The notes beneath the pieces were generated by a model that ran no database searches, was not told the origin of the DNA, and saw only the letters and a list, made by a program, of their open reading frames with translations. Made by a program: the position numbers and the translations under genes. DNA of 25,130 bases from a bacterium. GTDB lineage: Bacteria; Zhuqueibacterota; Zhuqueibacteria; Zhuqueibacterales; Zhuqueibacteraceae. Of this stretch, positions 8,442 through 16,566 are shown in pieces (positions within the stretch are counted from its first letter, which is position 1; each line of letters opens with the position of its first letter). Location of the stretch: positions 1 through 25,130 of the forward strand of contig JBIOXB010000201.1 of the NCBI GenBank assembly GCA_044869275.1, given 5' to 3'.

Positions 8442-11400
8442 TCATACTTCGGATTTGCTCAAAACTCTACAAGCCTGCGCATAAAACGCCGGTAGCAGCA
8501 CCAGCACGATCGGCGTCGAAACGATTAACCCGCCAATCAATACGATTGCCATTGGCTGCTGAATTTCAGCGCCAGCACCCACTCCGAGTGCCAATGGCAA
8601 CACGCCGAGTGATGCCGCCAATGCCGTCATCAGCACCGGCCGCATGCGTGTTTTCCCCGCTTGTACGACTGCTTCATGCGTCGACAAGCCCTCTTTCCGC
8701 AAATCGTTGATGTACTCGACCAAAATCACACCTTTCTGCACAGTCAAACCGAAATGCGCCACGAAGCCGATGAGCGACGAGACATTGAAGGTTTCAAACG
8801 TCAAGAACATCGCCCATACGCCGCCCATGAGCGCCAGCGGAATGGTGAAGATGATCAGCACCGCTTGCCAGACGGAATTGAACGCGGAAAGCAGCAGCAT
8901 GAAAACAATGAGGAGTGAGATGATAATCATGGTGAAAATCTCACGATTGAGCTCCTGCTGGCGAGCATAGTTACCGCCGAAGGTGACCGAGTACCCTTTC
9001 GGCAAATGCAAATCGCCGAGGCGGGAACGAATTTGCGCCACCACTCTCTGAATGTCACCGCCAGCAATATTGCACGTGAGCTGAATACGGCGTTGTAGAT
9101 TTTCGCGCTGGATCATCATTGGGCCGGTGTCCTGCCAAATTTGCGCAACCTGTGAGAGCTTGACCTTTGTACCAGCCGGAGTATCGATGAGAATGGCGCC
9201 GACTTTGGCCGGATCGTCGCGAAAGCGTTCTTGGAGACGAACGAAGACATTGTACGCTTTCACCTCGCGCAGCACCGTTGTAGCCGTTCTGCCCTCCAAT
9301 GCCGTTTCCACCGTTTCCGCAATATCCTCCGGACTTAAGCCATAACGTCCGGCCTGATTCCGGTCGACGAGAATATTCAGAAAGGGCAATCCCGAAGTTT
9401 GCTCGACCAACAAATCTTTGACGCCGGAAATCTTTTCCATGATCGCTTTCATTTGATTGGTCTTCTGCGCCAGGAGGTCATAATCTGCGCCAAACATCTT
9501 CACTGCCAGTTGCCCGCGCGTGCCGGCGATGCTTTCGTTGATGCGATCATTCAGCGGCGTTTCAAGAACAACGACGGCGCCGGGAAGGCCAGCAAACTTT
9601 TCGCGCATCCATGCTTTGATCTCTTGAATGGATTTCGTGCGCTGGCTGCGGTCCACCAGCTCGACGTAATTTTCCGAAAAATTGATCATGCCCTCGGTTT
9701 CCTGACTGCCTTCGGAACGGCCAACGGTGGCGATGATGTTTTTCACATCCGGCGCTTGCTGCGCGAGGGCGAGGATTTGGTTGGATATTCTTGCTGATTC
9801 GTCCAGGCCTGTCCCTGGCGGCATAAAAATCAAGATCAATATCGCATTCTCGTCAAACGGCGGCAGCAATTCGGTGCCAATGAATGGCAACATTGTCAAT
9901 GCGAAAACCAAGACCAATACCACTGCAATGACGGCAGGCCGGGGCTTGGGCAGGATACGATTCAAAACCGGCTCGTAGAGACGAAGGAATTTTCGGGTGA
10001 GCCAGCTCTCTTTCGGCTTCTCAATTGAGGTTTGTTGATTGCGGATGGTGTCGTGAGTGCTCAGCCCCACGATGGCGGTTTTGCGTGTTGCGTTTCCGAG
10101 AAGTGAATAGCAAAGCAATGGCGAGAGCGTCAGCGAGAGCGCGAAGCCGACGAGCATGGAGACAATAACGGTGAAGGCAAAGGGCATGAACACCGTGCCT
10201 TCGAATCCAGAGAGGAACATCAAGGGCGCAAACACGGCGATGATGATGGCGGTTGAATAAGCCACCGGCCGGCGAACTTCGACCGCGCCGCGCAAAGTGG
10301 CGAGAAAAGCATCTTCCGGTTGCGATTGCAGCCAACGAAAAATGTTTTCGGTATCCACAATAGCGGCATCGATCATAATGCCAAGGCCGACGGCAATGCC
10401 GCCCAACGACATGACGTTGATCGTCACCTCAAAGGCTTTCATGAAGATGAAGGTGATGATCACCGAAATCGGCAATGTGACGGCAATGATGAAAGTCGTG
10501 CGGAAGTTGGCCAGGAAAAGGAGCACCACCAGCAGCACGGCCAATCCACCGATGAGCAGCGCTTCACGCAAATTTTGCACGGAAACGTTGATCATCTCGG
10601 CCTGATTGAAAAACGGGCGCAGTTCGACGGAAGAGGGCAGAAACTGTTTGAGCTCATCCATCGCTTGCAAAACACCTTTGATCACCGGTTGGGTGTCGGT
10701 GCCGTATTGTTTTGTCAACGTCGATCTCACCGCTTCCTTGCCGTTGAGGTAGGCGATGCCGCGCCGAAACTCTGCGCCTTCCTGAAGAGTGGCCACGGCT
10801 TTTAAATAAATCGGAACTCCGTTGCGGCTGGCGACCACGACCTGATGCAAATCTTTGAGGGTGTGGATTCTGCCTAGCCCACGCACGGTAAACTCCATCG
10901 GGCCTTGCGGGATCACACCGCCGGCAAAATCCAAATTGTTGGCTTGCAGAGACGCTGTGATCTCTCCGAGACTGAGGTAGTAGTACCGCAGCTTGTCGGG
11001 ATCGACGAAAACCTGAAATTGGCGCACTTCGCCGCCGGCGGAGTTGATGCGCGCCACACCGGGAACACTTTGCAAGCGCAGGCGAACTTCATAGTCGGCG
11101 AGCTCGCGCAAATCCATCAGGGAAAGGCTGTCGCTGCGGAGATAATATTGCATCACTTCTCCCAAGCGCGAGGCGGCATCCGTAAAAAACGGTGGTCTGG
11201 TTCCTGCCGGCAGATGGGGTATGACTTCGGCTAGACTTTGCGAGACCAACTGCCGGGCGAAATAGTAATCCATGCCCCAGCGGAATGCCACGGTGACCAC
11301 TGCCAAGCCGCTGGTCGAGGAAGAGCGAACATTCACGACATTAGGCAGGCTTTGAACGTTGTTTTCCACCGGCCGCGTGATGAGGTTCTCCACTTCCTGC

Positions 11401-11573
11401 GGCGCGAGTCCGGGACGCTCGATCAGCACGGAGATGATCGGCGAGCTCAAATCGGGCAGGAATTCTGTTGGTGAGGTGGCGAGCGCCGAGACGCCAAGAA
11501 ACAAGAGCACGATGATCGAGAGAATGACGATGAGCCGGTGCTTGAGGGAGAATTCGATGAGGCGTTGTAGCAT
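8442..11573 (-). CDS. czcA: Heavy-metal RND efflux permease (CusA/CzcA family)
   Basis: 1043 aa with PDLS, PGLAPQEVENLITRPVE, RSSSTSGL, GGEVRQFQV, NVMSLGGIAV..G..IDAAIV..EN, RMRPVLMTAL and GAEIQQPMAIVLIGGL. Confidence 0.93.
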   Translation of the reverse strand: MLQRLIEFSLKHRLIVILSIIVLLFLGVSALATSPTEFLPDLSSPIISVLIERPGLAPQEVENLITRPVENNVQSLPNVVNVRSSSTSGLAVVTVAFRWGMDYYFARQLVSQSLAEVIPHLPAGTRPPFFTDAASRLGEVMQYYLRSDSLSLMDLRELADYEVRLRLQSVPGVARINSAGGEVRQFQVFVDPDKLRYYYLSLGEITASLQANNLDFAGGVIPQGPMEFTVRGLGRIHTLKDLHQVVVASRNGVPIYLKAVATLQEGAEFRRGIAYLNGKEAVRSTLTKQYGTDTQPVIKGVLQAMDELKQFLPSSVELRPFFNQAEMINVSVQNLREALLIGGLAVLLVVLLFLANFRTTFIIAVTLPISVIITFIFMKAFEVTINVMSLGGIAVGLGIMIDAAIVDTENIFRWLQSQPEDAFLATLRGAVEVRRPVAYSTAIIIAVFAPLMFLSGFEGTVFMPFAFTVIVSMLVGFALSLTLSPLLCYSLLGNATRKTAIVGLSTHDTIRNQQTSIEKPKESWLTRKFLRLYEPVLNRILPKPRPAVIAVVLVLVFALTMLPFIGTELLPPFDENAILILIFMPPGTGLDESARISNQILALAQQAPDVKNIIATVGRSEGSQETEGMINFSENYVELVDRSQRTKSIQEIKAWMREKFAGLPGAVVVLETPLNDRINESIAGTRGQLAVKMFGADYDLLAQKTNQMKAIMEKISGVKDLLVEQTSGLPFLNILVDRNQAGRYGLSPEDIAETVETALEGRTATTVLREVKAYNVFVRLQERFRDDPAKVGAILIDTPAGTKVKLSQVAQIWQDTGPMMIQRENLQRRIQLTCNIAGGDIQRVVAQIRSRLGDLHLPKGYSVTFGGNYARQQELNREIFTMIIISLLIVFMLLLSAFNSVWQAVLIIFTIPLALMGGVWAMFLTFETFNVSSLIGFVAHFGLTVQKGVILVEYINDLRKEGLSTHEAVVQAGKTRMRPVLMTALAASLGVLPLALGVGAGAEIQQPMAIVLIGGLIVSTPIVLVLLPAFYAQACRVLSKSEV

Positions 11574-11664
11574 GGATTGTTTCCTTTTCCACTCTCACTC
11601 TTACGAGATTTAAAAAACCTGTCCAGGCGAGAAAGAGTACGAAAAAAAGTAAGGCTGCGTGAAT

Positions 11665-12618
11665 TTACTCTTCTTCACCGGCGCTGGAAGTGAAGTTTAT
11701 ATTCTTGAGTTGATAGGCGCCCTCGCTCACCACCACTTCATCTTCTTTCAATCCGCCGAGAATCTCTATGACGTCGTTGCGACGAATCCCCACTTCGATC
11801 ACACGTTTTTCAAATTTGTCCTCCTCGTGCACGAACACAATGTGATGTGCTTCTTCCTTCAATACCGCCGATTGCGGCACCACCAACGCTTCTTTTGTTC
11901 CGATGAGAATTCTTGCCGTGGCGTAAGCATTGGCCTTGAGCTGGTTTTGCACGTTGGCAACTTCCACGCGGGCTTCAATGGTGCGCGTCACTGGGTCGAC
12001 AGCAGGAGAAAGAAACGCGATCTGGCCTTTGGCGCCAATTCCATCGCTCTCGATCTCAACCGTTTGACCAACTCTGACGCTGGCCTGTTCATCGGGATAA
12101 AGTCGAATGACCGCGTGCAGGCTGGAATAATTGACGACTTCCATCATTTCCCTTCCGGATTCAATCCATTCACCCTCATTCACGGGACGTTCCGTCACGA
12201 TTCCACTCAAAGAGGAGAGGACTTCAAAGCGCTGTCCCAGGTTTTGAGGATTCTCGATGACGGCAATCACAGCGTTTTTTGCCACCGCGCTGCCGAGATT
12301 GGCGCTGAGTATGGTAATTCGTCCTTCTATCGGCGCATTCACCGTGGCGACATTGTTCGGGTTCGAAACGAGCTCGGTTGGAAGCTCGATCACCTCATCA
12401 ATGATTTGCCGCTTCACCATCGTCGTCTCAATTCCGATGATCTCTTGCTTCTCCTGGTTCAACGTGAAGTTGTTGGCATCAAGTGTTTCAGCTTGCGCTT
12501 GCGGTTGATTCTCTCCGGTAATTTTCTCGACGCGTGTTTGCCAGCCTTCACGCTGCTGTTCCGTGCAGTTCCATGAAATGATGCCGAAAAGAATGAAAAT
12601 GAATGTGGCCTTGCTCAT
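11665..12618 (-). CDS. RND efflux periplasmic adaptor (CzcB/CusB-like), probable lipoprotein
   Basis: SD gaggtg precedes the ATG at 12618. The hydrophobic N-terminus ends in ISWNC. It has APIEGRI and LSGIVTER lipoyl halves, SPAVDPVTRT, LVVPQSAV and GLKEDEVVVSEGAYQL. Confidence 0.9.
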   Translation of the reverse strand: MSKATFIFILFGIISWNCTEQQREGWQTRVEKITGENQPQAQAETLDANNFTLNQEKQEIIGIETTMVKRQIIDEVIELPTELVSNPNNVATVNAPIEGRITILSANLGSAVAKNAVIAVIENPQNLGQRFEVLSSLSGIVTERPVNEGEWIESGREMMEVVNYSSLHAVIRLYPDEQASVRVGQTVEIESDGIGAKGQIAFLSPAVDPVTRTIEARVEVANVQNQLKANAYATARILIGTKEALVVPQSAVLKEEAHHIVFVHEEDKFEKRVIEVGIRRNDVIEILGGLKEDEVVVSEGAYQLKNINFTSSAGEEE

Positions 12619-12744
12619 TGCACACCTCGAAACATTGCGTAAGTGGGTAACGTGCACGAGTAACTGAATTCGCGGATAAATCAAGCTTGACGGCGGTTTT
12701 ATCCGCCGGCCTTAATATATCCGTTGAGGAAATCTGTCAAAAAT

Positions 12745-13956
12745 CTAGCGTGACTCCGCAAAAAAAGTACCGCTTGCGGTCTGTACATCTACTTCGGCAT
12801 GGCGCAGCGCACGCAAGCTCTCGTAGTATTCCAGACTGGTATCGAGATAAGTACGTTGCGCATCGATTAAATCCAGAAAACGAAAGCCGCCGGCCTCGAA
12901 AGCCCTTTGCGCCGCCTCGGCTGCTTCCCTTGCCTCGCGCAGCAACGTGTCCTCAAATAATCTCGCCGCTGCGGTAGCCGTTTGATAGTCGAAAAAAGCC
13001 AATATCACTTGCTGTGTGATGTTGTTGCGCACCTCCTGGACGCTGTATTCCAAACTCTGTTGTTGAAACTGCGCCTCTGCTTTCGCGCCCTTTTTGGTAT
13101 CCCGTAAAGCGAGCGGCATGCTCAAGCTCAATTCAGCGAGGGGCTCATGATCCTCGACTCCTCCGGACAGCTCAAAGTCGAAATTAGGTTTTGAGGACAA
13201 TTGCGTCGCTACCAATTGGTGCTCTGCTGCTTTCAGCCTGTGCTGCTCCGCAAGCAGAACCGGATTTCTTTGATTGGCGATACGCAAGAGCGAGTCCAAG
13301 CGATTGGTAAAATTCATGCGTGGCTGAGAGAGGTCGCCCCGGAGCTCCAGACGGCTGTCGGCATTCATTTTCAGCAGGATTTTGAGCCTGCTTTGACTGA
13401 CCATGAGCGCTTGCTCCGCCGACTTCAACAACCGCTTGGCGCGGACCACTTCCACCTGGCCTTTGACCACATCCAGTTTGTTGCCAAAGCCCTGATTGAG
13501 CTTGTAAGTTGCAGCTTCCAAAAACTTTTCCGTGATCCGCAGATTATCCCGGAACAAATCGACATTTTTCTGCGCCCACATGATATCATAAAACAATTTT
13601 GTGACCTCTTGTTGAAGCTCCAACACCGCCACCTCAAGCTCGTTCTTCGCAACCTCGACTTCTGCCAAAGCGGCTTCCGTGCGGGCTCGACGTTTTCCTG
13701 AGTATTCAATTTCTTGCCCAATTTTCAGAACCTGTACGCGGTTGCCCGCGCTCACGCCGATATGCGGATTGAGCAGAGCATTAGCCTGCTGCGCTGCACC
13801 CTGCTTCGCCTTTACGAGATGATCGAGGCTCTGCAAGCGCGGATTGACTTGTTTGGCTGTCAGCAGAACCTCGCGCAAGTCAAGCTCCTGCCCGAAAGAG
13901 GAAGAATTTTGAGCCACTGTAAATAGGCCAGCCCAAAGAAAAACGCATCTTTTCAT
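12745..13956 (-). CDS. TolC-family outer membrane factor (CzcC-like)
   Basis: Signal peptide, two OEP repeats (AKQVNPRL / ANQRNPVL), QEIEYSGKRRAR and AFEAGGFRFLDLIDAQRTY. It is the first gene of a C-B-A order. Confidence 0.9.
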   Translation of the reverse strand: MKRCVFLWAGLFTVAQNSSSFGQELDLREVLLTAKQVNPRLQSLDHLVKAKQGAAQQANALLNPHIGVSAGNRVQVLKIGQEIEYSGKRRARTEAALAEVEVAKNELEVAVLELQQEVTKLFYDIMWAQKNVDLFRDNLRITEKFLEAATYKLNQGFGNKLDVVKGQVEVVRAKRLLKSAEQALMVSQSRLKILLKMNADSRLELRGDLSQPRMNFTNRLDSLLRIANQRNPVLLAEQHRLKAAEHQLVATQLSSKPNFDFELSGGVEDHEPLAELSLSMPLALRDTKKGAKAEAQFQQQSLEYSVQEVRNNITQQVILAFFDYQTATAAARLFEDTLLREAREAAEAAQRAFEAGGFRFLDLIDAQRTYLDTSLEYYESLRALRHAEVDVQTASGTFFAESR

Positions 13957-14157
13957 AAGCTACTCATGCTGATGAATACCATGCTGAATTCTCGAGAGCG
14001 GAGAAAGCTTGAGAGCATAAGACCCAATCAATCACCATCATCACGCACTTCGAATAGCCGGCTTCCTTTCCAGCTATCCGCGCTGGCGTGCGTTCGTCCT
14101 AAACACCGTATCGTGACCGAAATCAGTGTTACGGAAAAAATATTTCAAATATAAGAA

Positions 14158-14201
14158 ATGACCCATTACAGGGGGGTGACGGCAGGATTACAAGTTTGTC
14201 A
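14158..14201 (-). promoter_or_regulatory. CusR/CopR/CzcR-type binding box upstream of the efflux operon
   Basis: The minus strand reads TGACAAACTTGTAAT (14201-14187), resembling the CusR/Cop box TGACAnnnTTGTMAT. Further half-sites follow at 11-bp spacing (on +: attac 14165, gtgac 14176, attac 14187). Confidence 0.75.
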
Positions 14202-15668
14202 GGTGGGGAAGGATTGCGTCGGCCAGCGCAGGGTGACCGTGGTTCCTTGGGAGGGCTCACTGGTGAGGTGCACCGAGCCGTGATGCAGTTCCATGATAGA
14301 CTTGACAATGGCGAGCCCCAATCCGGTTCCTTGGGGATACTGCGACCGGGCCGGGTCGGCTCTAAAAAAGCGATCGAAGACTTTTGGCAGATGCTCTTGA
14401 GTGATCCCGAGGCCGGTGTCACTGACGCTGACTTCAATGAATTGATGATCAGCCTTTTTGACGAGCAGAATAACCACGCCCCCTGGAGGTGTGTACTGAA
14501 GCGCATTGGAGAGCAAGTTGTTGATCGCGCGCCGAAACAAGGCCGGATCGGCATTGATTAAGACATTGCCTTCACAGGTTACTTCGATTCCTCGCTCTTT
14601 GGCTACCGCATCATAGAATTCCCGCACGGTTTCAAGCTCCTGGTGCGCGTCGAATGTGGATTTGTCGATGCGGGTATCGGCACGCTCGGCGCGTGCCAGA
14701 AAAAGCAAGCCCTCAATCATGCGCGCGAGCCGGCCACATTCTTCAAGGCTCGATTCAATGACCTGGCGATACTGTTCGGCGGTTCTGGTTTTGGAAAGCG
14801 CGACTTCGGCTTCACCCATCAGGTTATTGATTGGCGTGCGCAGCTCGTGTGCAAGATCCGAGGAAAATTGGGAGAGCCGGACAAATGAATCTTCCAAGCG
14901 CATGAGCATCCCGTCAAAGGCGGTCGCAAGGGCTGCTAGTTCCTTTGGCCATGGCGCCGGCGCGATGCGCTCATGCAATTGCGTGGCGGTGATCTTTTGT
15001 GCCGCTTTGGTGATCTGGTCCAAGGGGCGAATTCCTTTGCGCGCAACAAAAACGCTCATCGCGATGGAGAATACTGTTCCCGCCAAAAGCATGATACTCA
15101 TCTTGCGGCGATAGTCGGATAGAATGGCCTCCTCATGTGAAATGTCCAAAGCCACTTGATGGAGGCGTTTCTCCGGCCTGGCATGACCGGTTTCAGCCCA
15201 TGCGGCCATCAGCAGCAACGATCTCCCCTCCCTCCCTTTCCTTTTGATGGCTCCTTGCGGTGTCTCATGAGCCTCAATTGGTTTGGGAAACGGCACAGGT
15301 CCAACGATTTTTTCCATGCCCGGGGTTTCCATCAGGACGCGGCCTCGTTGATCTTGAATGCGCGCGTAGTACTTTTCAAAACGGCGGGCTGAGGTTTCCC
15401 ATTCCACTTCCTCCCGAAGCGCATCCCAATCATCGGGACGTTCTTTCAAAACAATTCGCAAAACGTGAATCTTGTCCGTCAGAAACTCTTTGTTTTCCCG
15501 ATCAAAATTACGTGCCAGCATCCAATACAATGAGCCCGAAATCAAAGCCAGCACGGTCAAAGTCAAAACGCTATATGAAACGGTCAATCGTCGGGTAATC
15601 GACCAAGTCGAGGGAAAGATGAGCGCAAAAAATGGCTCTCTACTGCGATTAGCGTTCTTCAAGGACAT
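14199..15668 (-). CDS. Heavy-metal sensor histidine kinase (CusS/CzcS family)
   Basis: Two TM segments, HAMP domain (PL..I...A..I, WPKEL..LA.AF..ML.RLEDSF), H-box [15 protein letters not shown]-box [21 protein letters not shown] and GTGLGLAIV. The ATG at 15668 overlaps the regulator 3' end. Confidence 0.93.
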   Translation of the reverse strand: MSLKNANRSREPFFALIFPSTWSITRRLTVSYSVLTLTVLALISGSLYWMLARNFDRENKEFLTDKIHVLRIVLKERPDDWDALREEVEWETSARRFEKYYARIQDQRGRVLMETPGMEKIVGPVPFPKPIEAHETPQGAIKRKGREGRSLLLMAAWAETGHARPEKRLHQVALDISHEEAILSDYRRKMSIMLLAGTVFSIAMSVFVARKGIRPLDQITKAAQKITATQLHERIAPAPWPKELAALATAFDGMLMRLEDSFVRLSQFSSDLAHELRTPINNLMGEAEVALSKTRTAEQYRQVIESSLEECGRLARMIEGLLFLARAERADTRIDKSTFDAHQELETVREFYDAVAKERGIEVTCEGNVLINADPALFRRAINNLLSNALQYTPPGGVVILLVKKADHQFIEVSVSDTGLGITQEHLPKVFDRFFRADPARSQYPQGTGLGLAIVKSIMELHHGSVHLTSEPSQGTTVTLRWPTQSFPT

Positions 15669-16320
15669 ATCCCACGCCGCGGACGGTATGAATGAGCTTT
15701 GGGTTGAATGGCTCATCGACTTTACCTCGGAGTCGTCGAATGGCAACATCGACAACGTTGGTATCGCTGTCGAAATTCATATCCCACACTTGTTCTGAGA
15801 TGAATGTCCGCGACAATACCTCCCCTGATTTTCTTGCGAGCAGAGAAAGCAACAGAAACTCCTTCGGCGTCAAGTCAAGTTGTCTGCGCCCTCGCGTCGC
15901 CTTATGGCGCAAGAGGTCGATCTCGAGATCGGCAATACGAAATTTCTCCGGTTGTCGAGCCGGGCCACGGCGGAGAATGGCGTGAATGCGAGCCAGTAAT
16001 TCGGAAAAGGCAAAGGGTTTAACCAGATAGTCGTCTGCCCCCAACTCGAGCCCCTTCACGCGATCCTGCACGACATCGCGCGCGGTGAGAAAGATGACCG
16101 GAGTTTGCCTGCCACTTTGCCGTATCTCGGCGAGGATTGACCAACCATCTCGTTGCGGGAGCATGACATCGAGAATAATGAGATCATATGCCCCGGCCAA
16201 GGCAAGGTCGCGGCCTTTTTCTCCCTGCTCGGCGACATCGACGATGAAGCCGTTTTCGGTCAGTCCTTTGACCAGATAATTGGCCGTCTTTTTTTCGTCT
16301 TCTACGATTAAGATGCGCAT
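15649..16320 (-). CDS. Heavy-metal response regulator (CusR/CzcR, OmpR family)
   Basis: [63 protein letters not shown] and [10 protein letters not shown]. Confidence 0.95.
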   Translation of the reverse strand: MRILIVEDEKKTANYLVKGLTENGFIVDVAEQGEKGRDLALAGAYDLIILDVMLPQRDGWSILAEIRQSGRQTPVIFLTARDVVQDRVKGLELGADDYLVKPFAFSELLARIHAILRRGPARQPEKFRIADLEIDLLRHKATRGRRQLDLTPKEFLLLSLLARKSGEVLSRTFISEQVWDMNFDSDTNVVDVAIRRLRGKVDEPFNPKLIHTVRGVGYVLEER

Positions 16321-16566
16321 CCGCTGTTTTTCCACATCAAGATCGAACCCAATGGGCAAGGCACCATTAGCACCGGTACGAAACCATCAAGGACATAAAA
16401 TTGGCAAAATTTGGATAAATGCCAAGAGCCAACTGATATGTTACAGGAAATTTTAATTGACTTTTAAAAATTTCCCTCGCATCTATAGCTGCAAATCCGC
16501 TCGCACGAGCAATAAAATAAATCCAAGTTTGTGGCAATTCCATCCTAACGTTTTGGGAAGAAAAAT

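Noticed and set aside
12691..12708. Hairpin cggcgg-ttttat-ccgccg as an intrinsic terminator
   Set aside because: It has no U-tract on the coding (minus) strand and lies inside the operon, so at most it is a stability element.
13953..14018. 21-aa minus-strand ORF (MLSSFLRSREFSMVFISMSSL) whose stop overlaps the OMF start
   Set aside because: It has no clear ribosome-binding site or recognisable motif, and ORFs this short arise by chance.
16440..16500. Sigma70 promoter for the Omp85 gene (TTGACT ... TATAGC)
   Set aside because: The spacing is 21 bp. The region is AT-rich and probably holds divergent promoters, but I cannot place the elements.
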